A stretch of DNA of 64,000 bases from Vicugna vicugna. Taxonomy: Eukaryota. The notes under the pieces are model-generated. The model was not told where the DNA came from. It saw only the letters and a program-made list of their open reading frames with translations, and searched no databases. Shown in pieces: positions 24,351-37,981 of the stretch; within the stretch, counting starts at the first letter, position 1, and each line of letters starts with the position of its first letter. Both the position numbers and the translations under genes were made by a program. Location: positions 5,863,741 through 5,927,740 of the forward strand of contig MU058636.1 in the NCBI GenBank assembly GCA_013265495.1, in the 5' to 3' direction.

Positions 24351-25647
24351 AAAGTTAGGATTTTAACTGAAGGCCTTGCCTCCTGTGTGTGAATCACTAT
24401 TTTACATGGTTGTGCAATGTACACACACAACACACACAAACCTTGCTGTGGTTTTTACTAAAGTGCCATTTTGTACTTTTGAGTTATAGAAGAACTGAGT
24501 GATAGGATTTTAAATGTTCCAAATTGTAGCACGGCAACTCATGAAACACATTCCTTAAAAATTAAAAAAATCAACCCTTGGCGGCAGTTTTCCTTGTAGT
24601 TAGGTCTCAAGAAAAACATAATCATTTCATATTTTTCGAATTGATGAACGAAACTTTACTAGCTATTTGCTCCTAGTTTCTTATGTATAATTCCAGTGGA
24701 AATTTGGAACATATTATAAGATGTTTTCCATCAGTTTGATCATGGTGTGTAAGACTTAACAGTAAATTACTTCTCTCTCAGTGAAGGAAAATGGTCCCTA
24801 CAAACCTTAACTCTGTCTGAATTACAGCCTATTGCTGGTTACAGACACGCTATGGTACCTGTGGGGCTTGACACTTTCTGTGCCTGTTGCAGCTCATTTG
24901 ATGAGCTGATTGCTTAATGAAGTTACCATCGCTTTTAAATAGCAGCATAAGAAACTTTAGCAACTTCATGAAGTGCAGCTGTGCAAAATGATCACTAGCA
25001 GTAGGCATGGAAAGAACTTCACAGCCTTTCCAGAATAACATTAAGTACCTTCATGTGAGGCATTATGTTAGGTTCTTTGCAGGCATTCTCTCATTTAATT
25101 CTAACAATCTCTGAGTTAGGCATTATTATCCTATTTGCAGATGAAGAAACTGGATGCAGACAGCTCAGCACAGACTCGCCTCTAATACTAATACATTTAT
25201 AGCCACCAACCAAGAATTAGGCCCTCAATACTGCTCAGCAAACTCAGGTTTCTCTGATCAGATCTTCACAATGCCTCTTTCAAGACTTCATTTAGAGCAG
25301 GTAACATTACCTCCTTATCAGCCAGCTACCAAAACCAAATATGAATGCATCCTGTATTACTATATGTTCATTTGTATGCATCCTGTTTACTCTGTGTACA
25401 TTTGTACTTTCTCTTGCTACAACAGAGAATCTTCTCATTGTTTTTAAACCTGTGCCTTGGATTTCATCAGTTTAAGCCTGTCTCTGAAAAACTTTACAAT
25501 GTCCTTTGTCCCTTTCTTGTCTTTTTAGTCCCTCTCTCAAAACTGGATTCTTGCTCTGGTTTTGATTTTCCTGGTATCTTATTATTAAAGTTGCTAACAT
25601 AGAAAAAACTAAAAAAAAATGACAAAGAACATTCATATGAGTATTTT

Positions 25648-25785
25648 TCTTTAATTGAAGTATAGTCAGTTACAATGTGTCAGTTTCTGGTGTACAGCAT
25701 AATGTCCATATATTCGTTTTCATTCTTTTTCATTAAATGTTATTGCAAGATATTGAATATAGTTCTCTGTGCTGTACAGAAGAAA
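25648..25785 (-). mobile_element. Short 5'-truncated L1 insertion
   Basis: ttaattgaagtatagtcagttacaatgtgtcagtttctggtgtacagc..gatattgaatatagttc; flanking repeats tcatatgagtatttt (25633-25647) / tcataccggtatttt (25786-25800). Confidence 0.8.
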
Positions 25786-26059
25786 TCATACCGGTATTTT
25801 GCATGAACATTTAACTGCATTTGCTTTATCACATATCTATCCCTTCATCCTTCAGTTATCTTAGGTTTTTGCTGCATTTCAAAGTAAGTTACAGGTATCA
25901 GTACATTTTCTCCCAAGCTTGTTAGCATGTACATTATTAGCCAGTTTAATAAGCCAAGAAAAATACATAACAGGCATAAGGAAACAAAAGAGTGAAGGAA
26001 AATTCTTTTTGGAATGTTGGAATTCACATGGAATTATTTACTTTTAAAACCCCAAACAA

Positions 26060-26310
26060 TTCCTTTAACAAATAAGTGAATTCAACAAGCTCACAAGATA
26101 TAAATTTAATATACAGAAATCAATTGTATTTTTATATAGTAGAAGTCAATTATTGAAAAATAAAGTTTAAATAATCAATTCAATTTAAATATATCAAAAA
26201 TCCTAACATAAGTTTAATAAATGATGTTCAAGACCTGTACATTGAAAATAAACATTGTTAAAAGAAATTAAAGAAGATGTATACATGGAATGATATATCT
26301 TGGATAAACT
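26060..26310 (+). mobile_element. L1 ORF2 fragment
   Basis: aataagtgaattcaacaag..aatatacagaaatcaattgtattttta..aagacctgtacattgaaaa..aaagaaattaaagaaga. Confidence 0.7.
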
Positions 26311-28039
26311 GAGTGTAATATAGGTATCTGCTGTCTTTACACAAAGGTTAGGTAAAATGATTTTTGAGTTGTTTAAAGTAGTCAGCTTTGTTTATGTCAT
26401 CTAAGGGAAAAATCTGTTCTTAAAATTTTCCCACCCCCTACCTCCTGCTTTTAAAGATTAGATTCTTTAGGTGATAATACAGAGCATATAAACAGTGCAT
26501 ATTTTTGTGTAAGGTTATTTTTAAGCCATTACATATATGCTCCAAGCACTTATTCCTACTGAAGTTGGGTCATTGGGGAATTAGTTGACAGGGAATAATC
26601 TGGCCTGCAATCTTACGGGAAATCAATTTCCAGATATTTAAATAACAGACCTAACTATGAATATAGTCCTCAAGTTGTGGAGTTGAATACTGAACTCTAA
26701 AATTGACTTTCTGATATCAAATTTTATGGAAATGAACTAACATTGCTATTGTGAAACATTGATATTCCATGAATGGGATTTATTAAATTGCAGTGCAATA
26801 TGGTGCTAAAAACTAAATATGAGAATATTATACTATCAGAATGGTACAAATATCTTGAGAACAGTTGCTCTTTCTATGAAAAACAAGTAAGCAAAGAATT
26901 TAACCTTGTTTGAAAGTGTTGTTCACTGGAAATAATTATTCCTCATTCCTGATGTTTCCATCCTGTGAAGTGAGATCTGTTAATGTAATTCTGGGTCTCT
27001 CTCCATCCTTTATTCATCCAGCTACTGGAGAGATTAAGTGTCTTATTTGATTGTCAACTTTGGGAATTATAAATAAACCTGCTTAATTTAGCTCCAGCTT
27101 TCTTCCTGTTTGGGATAAGCCTGTGTATCCTAAGCTGTAAATCTTCACTACTGAGGCTTCCTACATTCAGGGGGGTCTGTGTCCACGAGAGCGTTGCCCC
27201 TACCCCAAGCCCAAGCCCAGGCTGTGTCCTGCAGCCTGCCCTCTATCAGGAATGGGGGATGTTTTGGCCTCCTACTTTTTTGTTTGTTGTATGTCTCAAC
27301 TTGTTTTAAGCTGAGTATAGATTAAGGGGGCTGTTTATTGGGGAGGGGCTCTCAGAGATCCCCAGATTTTTTTTTTTTTTAACCAGGAACACTAAGAGAA
27401 AAGAAAAATTTGAGAAGATTTTTGTGCACCTGGGGCCCACGCTGTGGATCTTAGACTTTAGTTTGGGGAAGAAACCTTACTGGTTTATAGAGGCTTATTT
27501 TAGGCCAAATGTGTTTCTACTCTTTTGTACTTAGCTTCGAACTTCTGTAGCCTGAAAAAGAAACTTTAGCTGTCATGACGTATTTTGAGGTTGACAGGTG
27601 ACTATAATTTATGCCTTATGCAACTTACGTGAGAAAATAAGACACAACCCTCTGCTGTGTTGGGGGCTTCAGGTAGACTGCTTTAGCTTACTGCACAGGC
27701 CTCGCTTTTCCTCAATTGAGACGAAGATTCCATTGTGCAGAAGAGTTTTACAACTGCTTTTACACATTGGTGGTTAGAAAAATATTTGCCACTTTTAAAC
27801 AAGACAGATGAATTCTGTACGTCAGCAGAACGCTAGAGATGCGCTCGCTTTATACAGTTAGTACCGAGCCTGGTTAGGTAACCTAGATTAGAAATTCTAG
27901 GTTCTATTCTTCTATTAGGATCAAGGAGGGCGCTGTGCAGGGACTGACTAGCCTGGATTTCATGTAACATTTCCTCTGACTTTTAAGATTTCAATGTCCT
28001 ATCATAGAATCTCAAATTGGCTTCGCTTTTGTTAATATC

Positions 28040-29500
28040 ATAAGTTGTAACCCCAACTTGATACCTGAGACCCAAATTGTGGGCTTCACCCTTATTCTTG
28101 TGTTAGATTTAATGAACAAGTAAGAGATGTGAGCCCTTATTAGAAAGAAAATGCCATCCTCTTAAGATAGAAAATGAACTGAATGACATTATTACAAACC
28201 CAAAGGTAGAAGGAAACAAAAGTGCTTTGTGCCTGAAACTATTGGCCTCTAGTAAACCCATTTGCTTAGGAAAACAAGGAGAAACTACAGTGGTTTGAAA
28301 AGGGTACTTCAGCTTTACTGTCAAACTCAGAAGCAGTGAAAGATTAAAAAAAAGTAAAGAAATGCAGGCCAATTAAGCTGGAGGAAGATATTTTTAAAAT
28401 TTATTTATTTTAATGAAGAGTAAAGAGGAAAATGGCATTTTAAAGATGAGGTTAGACCAGTGTAAAAGGAGGAAAAAGAAGTACGCAGATTCCAACTGCT
28501 CTGAAAAAAGGAAAAATATTTTTGCTACTAGATCAGAAATGGTGACTGGGACCCAAACAAACCTAACAGAGCAAGCTTGAGTGATTCCTCCAAGAAAGGC
28601 CAAGTCACTGAGGGATGACTTCCAAAAGATACATGTCCTTACCTGGAGTTGTTGGAGAATCATTCCTTAAAGAGTGGGACAGCTATACCAAGTGGTTATA
28701 AAAAGCTGGGGCAGAACTGAGGGAGGAAATCCTTGTAAAATATTCAAAGCATTTTTCAGGTGAGTTTCCATGTGATCCAATCATTGCAGTTCAAGAAACA
28801 GGCATTGCCTTTTCCCTGAGGAAACTTACTGACCTTAGTCAATACATTCATGAAATGAGTGAGGATCCTAAAAGAAAGCAAAGATGTGATGAAATCTAGA
28901 TGTGACAATCAGAGAACAAGTCCAGGCTTTGATTAAATATTGTCTGATGGAAGATTATCTCTGCAGGGGATTATCCATCTCATCCAGAGCAAAGTAGACA
29001 AAATTTGAATGAGGAACCCAGAACTTGCTGATTTCCTTTTTTATTGCTGTTGTTGTTGTTGGCATTATTATTACTATTATAAATCTGGAGTAGTTATAAA
29101 AATACCTGCCTGGGTCAGAAAGCGTAGATGTAAATGGAAGGGAGATTTTCAGATCCAGTAAGTGGCATTAGCTCCCATGCAAATTAGAGAAGGAAACTGG
29201 CCACTTTAAGAAGTCAGTTGAATTGTTAAGAAGCTTGAATAGCCTTCCTGAAAGGAGTAGGAAAATAGCAGAGGGAAATTCAACACCAGTGCTATGTCCC
29301 AGTACTTCAGAAAAAGATGTGGCTGAACAAAAAAGCTACTCAGACCCTGGGGCATTTAAAACTGGCTTCCCCAGGGGCACACGCTTCAGAAGCATCAAAA
29401 GCACTTCGTGCAGGAATCTGTTGAAGATGGGTTTACAGCCAAAACATTTTGGGAATGAGGGGGAACTCTTCCCTAGGGGATGAGTTTCACTGCCCAAGCA
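28040..29500 (+). mobile_element. Putative decayed Ty3/Gypsy (MamGyp-like) gag region
   Basis: Collinear broken motifs resembling PNMA/ZCCHC12-type gag; details in findings. Confidence 0.45.
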
Positions 29501-30864
29501 ATCCCAGAACCAGAGGTAGTGAGACAGCCAGGGTGGCACAGGATGAAAAATGCCTCTTCCTGAGAAATGGTGCAGTTGTGTCATTAGACAGAGCCTGTCC
29601 TCAGGGCAGCATTAGGGGCCCAAGGCCTAATGGGCAAACGGAATTAAGAGATCCTGGATATGCTGGATGGTGAAGAAAAGCACCTGATGTGAGCCCCCAT
29701 GACTGGAGTTGCCCCTATTACAGTTGTCTAAATTTGCAAGGAGACAAAAATGCCTCACATGACACTCTGGGTGAGGATGCAGGAAGCATAGATGGATTTT
29801 ATGTTCTTACAAAAATATAAATGTAATTGAAAGTGCTAAGTGTGTAGTCTCAAAATAACTTCATGTTGGGAGAATTTTCCTGGTTTGGCTTAAGTGAGCA
29901 GATCATGATATCTAGACAGTTGATCTTGAATGACAGACTTCTTGCGGAGACTGAACACAAGAATATTTTCCTTTTCTCTTTGGTATCATCAGATTTCTCT
30001 TGGGTCTTGGTAGCCCCGGGTTCTGAGAGTGTAATTTTGGCTTATACTGATTGATCTAATGGCAGGAGAATGGCTTTCTATGTTAGGTGGATCTGGGGAA
30101 AGCCTGTGATAATTTTCTCTGTTCTGTTAACTCTGAATTGTTTAGAAGTGCGGCTCCTGAGGGACTAGGCGTTGAATTACTTTGACTTCTGGGCCTTTGG
30201 AAGCTCCAAAGCCATTCCCGAGAGAGACTATTGCAGTTGCTGATGGGACCCCACTCCACCCACGCAGAAAATCTCTCTAGCCAATCCTGAGAATAACAAG
30301 TCGGGATGATTTTGTTTTGTAATTGAACTTTGCACTTTGAACTTTAACATTCAGGAATTTGATTTCAGACTTTAGTTCCCTTGGATTTCAATGTCTTTGA
30401 ATTCCAACTTGTAAAAGAATTTAGTCTTTGAACTTTAATTCCTTCTTGGAATTTAGTAATAGAAGGGAAATAGTGTTCAAATCTGAAGTATCTCTTTATA
30501 GGCATTTTATTATTGAAGTATCTTTAAGATAGCATTCAATCTCTGAGGAACCTCTGTCATGCTACATTGGACAGCATGCATGGACATAGAAAATAGGATA
30601 GGGGATACATTTTCAACTTTTGGTATGGAGTGGATTCAAAGTTGATATATTGAATGTGTGCATCTAAACCCATTGCAGATTCTTGTGGGGACGACTTTTA
30701 GGCTACCTGCCACTAGACCCAGGAGGAAACTCAAAAGAGCAGAGATTGGTAGAGTGTGGTCTCATGAAAATTCTCCCGAGCAGACCGCCACAACTCTTGC
30801 TGATCATAGGCTCTGATGGAAGGAATTTACACATACTGAGGTATGGGGAAGTGATTTATACACA

Positions 30865-31365
30865 ATTTGACTTGAACTTTACACTAACTAAAACAGCCTG
30901 TTTTATGGCCTGTCAAACATAACATTGTACGTCTGCTGTAACCATTAAGGAAAAGAGTATCGCTCATCGTCCATTTATTGCAAAGGATTAAGTCACAAAG
31001 CATTGCAATCGCCCCACCAACAGTGTGTCCTGAGGGGAATTCAGGATGAGAAAAACAGAATGAAGCATTCTGTGCTTTGGATATATCAAGGAAGGATTTC
31101 AGTGACCACAGATACTTTTATTTTCCTATACAGAGGAAGACACTAAAACTACTACCTTGAGATATCTGTTCTTTGTGATTAACAGTGATTTTTTACTAAG
31201 ATGTATGCTTGTATATTTCCCAGCCCCCAAAATCCGTATATAAATTGGATCCTCTCCTACCTCTTCAGATTAGTGCCCCCAGAGCTACTAGGAGGCTGAG
31301 TCCTCCTCAGCTTGGCTTGAATAAAACTCTATTCTTATTTTAGATTTTTAATTGATTGTGTTCAC
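30865..31365 (+). mobile_element. ERV1-type solo LTR (cetartiodactyl-like)
   Basis: cctgaggggaattcaggatgagaaaaacag core, TATA-like gtatataaa near 31237, AATAAA near 31320; appears to sit inside an older LTR-like sequence (~30650-31720). Confidence 0.6.
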
Positions 31366-32469
31366 AGCTCATGTTTAAGCCCAGTGAGTTAAGAGAATCA
31401 AAAGCTGGTGAATGCCCCTCTTACCTACTCCTGATTCTTTGTTCTTGTGAAAGGAGCTCAATTAGTTACAGCTCTGGGCTTCCCTTTGTCCCATCAATCA
31501 CCCTGCTTCTAAGGAGACTCTTAGCCCATTTTGGAGGAATAACAGGGCATGCTCAGCTCAGCTCCTCTTTCCCCTCTTGGAAATGAACATGCATGTTCCT
31601 TCATTATTCCATATGGGGAGTCCTACCCTGGTCCAGTGCATCCAGGCCTAGGGTAAGTCTGCCCAATTATGGACTTCACTGTTAGTCCCAAGACATAAGC
31701 CAAGTCTCCCAAATTGATCTTTATCAGATATAAACATGATATTTTGGCTTCATCTTTTCTCTTCTGTTTTGACTCCTGATGTAAACTTTGGTTCTCTTTG
31801 CTCTGTTAATATCGAGTTGATTACTTTTTCAGTCCTTAATTTCCTAGTCTGAAGTGTAAGTCAGTTCAACAAATAGTTATTCAGCACCTACTATATATTA
31901 CTGTGCTGGGCACTAGGAATACAGAAATAAACAATATCATGTTAGATGGTGACTGCTTATTTAAATGTTTAAGTATATATTAGAAGAAAATATATATCAT
32001 AAAGAAAGCGCAAAGGAGGAAGTGATCAGTCTGCCTGGTGGTCTGGAGTTTAGGAAGCTCTCATGGAGAAAGATTTTGAGGAAAATGGCTAAGCAAGGCA
32101 AGCATATTTTGACAGAACAGTACATAATAAACACATGGGTTTATGATGCACATGTATCAGGATACTAAAAATAGTTGATAATTTCTAAACATAATTTCTG
32201 TGTTAGGAAGTCAGGATGATGAAGGAGAAGGAACTGGATTATGACTTTTCAGGAAGCCTAAACTTTGACAATATCTTATCAAGAGGAAGAGCCACTGAAC
32301 AGCTTTAACGCAGCGAGTGATATGATCAGGTTTACAAAATGAAGCAGTTGGACCAGATGACTTCTACATTTTTTTTTTTTTTTAGCTTTACCAGTAGATG
32401 ATTTATGTCCTGGGCCTTACTATAGATGTAGAACACTTCTCAGCGATCTTAAATCAGCTCCTTACCACA

Positions 32470-32946
32470 TTGTACTAGGATTAGGTAGGATTAGATTTTG
32501 CTGCATGTAACAGAAAACCCATAATAAATAATACCAGTGGATTAAACATGACAGAAGTTTATCTCTCTCATGTAAAAGGAATTTGGCAGACTAGTCAGGT
32601 AGCTTTACAAAATTGTGGGTAACCAGGATCCTTCCTACTCTTTATTCTGCAAACCCTAGAGTATGAACTTTGTCCTTATGTTTCAAGATGACACCTGGAG
32701 ATCTGGACATCATGGTCATGTTCTAGGATGACAGCAGAAGGAAGGAAACTTCAAAGAAGATTTCCTAGAGGTACCTCCTATACTTTTACTTCTCAATGGC
32801 TAGAATTTATTTCTGTTGGTCACATCTGAGGTTGGAGAAAAGCTGGGTGTATGACTGCACTGAGTAAAATCCTTTTTTAAAAATTTTAAATCAGAGAAAA
32901 AGTGGAACATGAAAACTGGGGTAGACAATTAGCTGTCTCTGTTGCA
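32470..32946 (-). mobile_element. Old MaLR LTR (MLT1J/K/L-like)
   Basis: gctgcatgtaacagaaaaccc..cagtggattaaac..agaagtttat..gtagacaattagctgtctctg. Confidence 0.6.
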
Positions 32947-33599
32947 GTCATGGAAGAACGAGGTATCTATTTACATATGTAAGTAGAAATACAAGTGGTA
33001 AGCTATCAAACATGGAGAGAGTGTTATTTCAGAATTAGTTTTTCTAATTCTAGCTCTTAGTCCACTTTCTTCTTGAAACTACGGCGTCACAGCATCTGAA
33101 TTTGAAACTCTATTTATTATACATCCTCAGATGCTGAATGCATGCTCAGCCATGTATGGCCATGTCATCCTTCTCTCCGACTCCTGGCACTTTGGATAAG
33201 CTGTTTTCTTTCTCTGGGGTATTTTCCCTCCCTTTTGTCTACTAATTCTGTGGGGTTCTCTGCCACTGTTGTTTTGCCTGCTAGAGTAGGTTAACCTCTC
33301 CCTTGTCACGGTAGTTTGTTGTAGTAACTTCTTCACTGTCAGTCTTCCTAGTTGGAAGTCAGTGAAGACAGGGAGCACCTACATCTGTTTTGTTCTCTTC
33401 TCTAACCTTAACATCTAGAAAAGTGCCTAGAAAATAATAGGTGCTCAACAAATTTGTTGAAGGAGTAAACGGACAAAAAGGTAAATGACTGAACACAGCT
33501 GAAAAGTGATTCAAATGATTGCTGTGAGACTATAAAATACGATATGGGTTATGCAGAGTTGGTAAATTTGGGTGTGCAAAAAATGTAATCAATTTTTGA

Positions 33600-34400
33600 C
33601 GAATGAAATTAATATCAGTAATAGGCCTCTCATTCTACTTGGACATTTAATCTCAGCCAATTCATGGTAGACCTAGTCAAGTTATGGTTTTCTCAGTCAA
33701 TTCAGGTCCCCCTCCCCGCAACCGTACATTCAGGATTCCCCTTTGGAGACTGCATCTCAATTGTGGGGAAGTTTCATTACCTCAAGGCATGTATAAGAGA
33801 GTGCACTTGGGATGTTGTCTGCTCAGGCCTGCATCTGGCAGAAGATGCATCATTCTGCTGGTTACCTGGGCTCTGTAACTGTCCCAGTTTGGTGTCAGCT
33901 GAGTATTGGGGTTCCCACTGGTCTGTCTCCAGTTACTGTTCTCCATTGGCACACCCTTTGGCCACTGGGGTGTCCCAACCCAGGAGATGTGGTGAGTGTG
34001 CAAGCTCTCTTTTAATGACACCTTTTGCCTCTCAAGGAGGCACAGGCAAAATTATGCTCTGTGGAGCTTTCTCAGGTGCCTCTATGTAGACATCCTCATG
34101 CCACTCTCTCTAGCCACTGTCACTGTGCTAGAGTGATCCAGGGACCCCTTTAAGGCTTACCTTTTGCCTAGTCTCTAGTGGAAGTAGAGCACTGGTCTCC
34201 TCTATGCTCAGATTCTGAAACCCATGTGGGATTCTTGCTCCTCACCCTGTCCCAATTGTTTTGGCCTTGGTAATGATGGTCAGAGGGCAGGATCTGTTTT
34301 CAGAGACCTACACCATCTGATTCCATGGCTCCCCCTCACATCTCACACTCTCTCTTCCTTGTAAATTTTTATCCCTTCTAAACTACCTTGGCTAATTTCA
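33600..34400 (-). mobile_element. Old LTR-like element (LTR78/79-like)
   Basis: The minus strand begins TGAAATTAGCCAAGGTAGTTTAGAAGGGATA; the block is more GC-rich than its flanks; the left boundary is uncertain. Confidence 0.4.
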
Positions 34401-37400
34401 GATGCTTTGAAGTTTGTTGTTTATGATATAAATGAAATTCCACAGATACATCATGATTTTATTTGATACTCAAAAGTCAGGCTTTTGAGACTCAAAAATA
34501 ACTTTTTACTTTGTCTTTGCTGCATGTTTCAAAAGTCTGCTTTAAAACTTGGAAGCTGAGCGTGAACCCTTTTCACTTGCCCTCTCATCCTTTCCCTGAG
34601 ACAAAGCCTGCACACCTAAAAGAGAGAGTCATGGAGCAAAACAAGAATTTTGAGGGAAAAAAATAGATGGATTAATAACAAAGTAACCCAGTATATTTAT
34701 AATAGGGATAGTTGATAGTCATTCTAAATATTCCAGAATGAAAGAATAGTAAAATAATGTTATAATGGAAAAGTATAAAATTGTTTAATGTTTAGAAGTA
34801 TTTTTAATAACACAAAAATCTTTGTTTTAACAAGTGAAGAAAATGGTACATAAAAGTGATTGTGTACAAAGATCACAACTTTATAGAAATAGAAAAGTCA
34901 TGAGGAAAAGGAGCATAATTTTGCAGTGATTGGGTAGTAGGACTATGGATAATTCCCATTTTCTCCATTTTCTTAATTTTTCCCTCTAAGGAACACAAAT
35001 TATGTTTATAATCAAAACATTACATATATGATGTATGTATATGCAAATGTATACACCCCCCACATATATATACATATTTACAGTTTGACATAAATAATAC
35101 AGTTTCCTGTAGACAGGCCAGGCAAACGGCATTGCTTATATGATGGCTGAATAAGACTGTATCTATCTTTGGATATATTTTTATACATCTATCTGTACGG
35201 ATATTTTTTGGAAGAGGTAAAAGAGCCAGAGGAAAAACCTAGAGTGGCCAAAGCCCTCACCAGGGAATCAGGGGGACAGTAATGTGGAGGAGGAGGACAG
35301 AAGTCCATGGCTTGGAGCTGGGGTGGGGACTACCATCAGGCACTTGCTTAGATGCAGGTACATTTTGCTGTCTGCCACCATACAAACATTTTAAGACACC
35401 TGTATTATGGAGCTCCAAAGACTTGAATTGGTTATTGTATTTCTCGTTAATTGTTCCCTTCTCCAAACTAGACATTCACAGGTGCTGCAAATAATCATTT
35501 GGTGACTTGGTTTCTAAACGCCTTGTCCTGCTGGTTGCTTGTCTCTGGATGTGTGTCTCCTTATCTCTTAGCTTCTTAAAGTGGCACTTGACTCCGTATG
35601 TGGTGTAGACAGCTCTGAGGATAGAGAAACTCCTTGTTCTTTGCCTCTAGGCTAAAGCAAGGAGAGAAGAAAGGAAAATGAGACGTGTTGTTTCTGTCTG
35701 CGGCATGATTCCTCTGTTACGATTTTCCTCAAATCAAGGGGAGGTTACTTTGGCAACAACCATTTCTTGGTCCTTTAAATAACTTCCTCCTGGTTAGCAA
35801 TGTTTCATTTTCATAAAATGTAAACAAGTCCTACAGTGACTTCTTAAAGTAGCCAAATCCCTTCTTTCTCTCATTATTTAAGAAACATTTGAATAAATCA
35901 TTTAGTATTTAAAAACATACTGTCATATAAGTGAAATGCAGCAGTTAAAGTCTGCATGTTAGTTTCAAGATTTGTTAGAACCATCATAATAATCTTGATT
36001 TTAACGTGGCATTGAATTAATATCAGTAAAGTGGTCTCTTTTTTAACAAGCATGCTAATTGTTGCTGATTGCAGGATGGTTTTGCAAAGGGAAAAATTAT
36101 GACATTTTCACATTTGAAATAGCATGTAGAGTCATTGCAGTTCATTGCTCTTGAGGCAGTTCGTCTTGTAAGGACAAATACAGCTCCACTTAGAAGCTCC
36201 AAAAATGATTTTCCACTTAACAGTCTCTTGCCAACTCCAACTGTGCCATACAGAAGTACTGCAACCTATTACAGTTGGTGACCTTCACAGTAAAAGTAAC
36301 CCTGAAAATGTATGAAATTGTTTTTATGAGCAGTCGAAATGCCTGTTCTGGAGGCTCTAAAAAACATTAACTTTTACTTTAGGTGTAGAAAGATGCCTGC
36401 AAAAATGTGCTTCTTGCTATTTCACATGTTATAATATGAAAAAGTACTCCACAGGGTCACTGGAAAGGTGCTGTCAAACAATGTTACAGGTTTGTTTAGT
36501 TCTACACATCTCACCTTTGGACATTTTAAGATGAAGTTCTTGTCCTTCCAGTTAATCAAAAATGTTGTTCCCTTCCAGTTAGCTAGGTCATTCGGGTCTC
36601 TATACAGTCAGCATTCCCGCCCCCACCCCCAGTTGTTTGGCTGATTTCCATTACTGAAGAATTAGGTCTGGTAATTAAATCCAATCTCAATCTCTTCAGA
36701 GTTTTTTCAGGCAGTCTATTTAGGTTCTATGTAAAATGGAATCCCTCAGGGACAGAGAATTAATATGTTGTGAAGTATAATTGCAGAGAAATATATTTAA
36801 CAATTATTTTCAAAAAAAGAGCTTAGAGACTTCCTTTGACTTGACTCAGCTTCAATATCTTTATGCAAATTTCTTCATGTATAACTTCCATCCTTTATAA
36901 TTAGACATGTTCCTATATTTTCTGCTGGTTTTCTACATCAATAAGCTACTTTTGTCAGTGATTTTAGGTAAATCATTGTGTCTCCCACTGATTCATACAC
37001 ACACATACACACATATCAAGATATTTTAAAAATGAGACACAACTACAAAAAGGTTAAAAATGTGCCCATAAATATGCAATGTATAAGTATGAATTATATA
37101 GTTGCATATTTTTAACATTCTATATTTAGATATATATATCTTGATGTACATATTTTGATATGTATCTTCTATAGTATCTTAAGTTTCTGAATATTTTGAT
37201 CTGATCTCTTCTCGCAATGGGCAATTTAGATGTCCTGAAATTAGATAGGGAGTAGGAAAATCAGGGTCCAAAAATACAACGAGGTTTGCTGTTTTAAAAT
37301 CACCTCTAAGGTCATCTTATTCATTCCTCAAGTTTCCTGCTTCACAATTTTATCATAGAATGGAATTTACAAATTGCTTCCCAATGCTGTCAGATGCTAT

Positions 37401-37615
37401 TATTTATAATAGATTCTTACGTGAATTTTTCAAGAAAAGTTGTGAAAATGACTCCCTGGAGGTCCTTAAGGATAGCTCTCACAGAGAACTTCGGTTTGTT
37501 TTGTTGGTTAGTTGGCTTTGATTTTGTATCTAGGAATGTCTAGAACGATGCTCCTTCTAATCACAAACTCCTTTTTACTGACAGGTTGTTTTTGTCATAA
37601 TATTTGTAACCACAT

Positions 37616-37981
37616 TACCGTGGACTGGATGTGTGTGTCTACTCAAATTTCGTATGTTGAAACCTAATCCCCAGCAGTGTGATAGTGTTTGGAGGTAGGT
37701 CGTTTGGGAAATGATTAGGTCATGAGGGTAGAGCCCTGAGAAATGAGATCAGTGTCCTTTTAAAGGAGACCTCAGGGAGCTCCCTTGCTCCTTCTTGCAT
37801 GTGAAGACACAGCAAGAAGACTGTCATCTATGAACCAGGGAGTGAGTCTTCACCAGACACTGAATCTGTTGGTGCCTTGAACTGGGACTTCCCAGCCTTT
37901 AGAAGTGTGAGAAATAAATTTCTGTCGTTCATAAGCCACTCAGTCTGGTATTTTGTTATAGCAGCCAAATGGACTAAGACA
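37616..37981 (+). mobile_element. MaLR solo LTR (MLT1A-like)
   Basis: tatgttgaaacctaatcccca..tgattaggtcatgagggtagagccct..gtgagaaataaatttctg..ttatagcagcc..gactaagaca. Confidence 0.85.

Noticed and set aside
24890..24908. 8-bp hairpin cagctcat-ttg-atgagctg
   Set aside because: Chance level.
33664..34089. 141-aa ORF on the + strand
   Set aside because: No recognisable domain or splice context; it lies in an LTR-like block.
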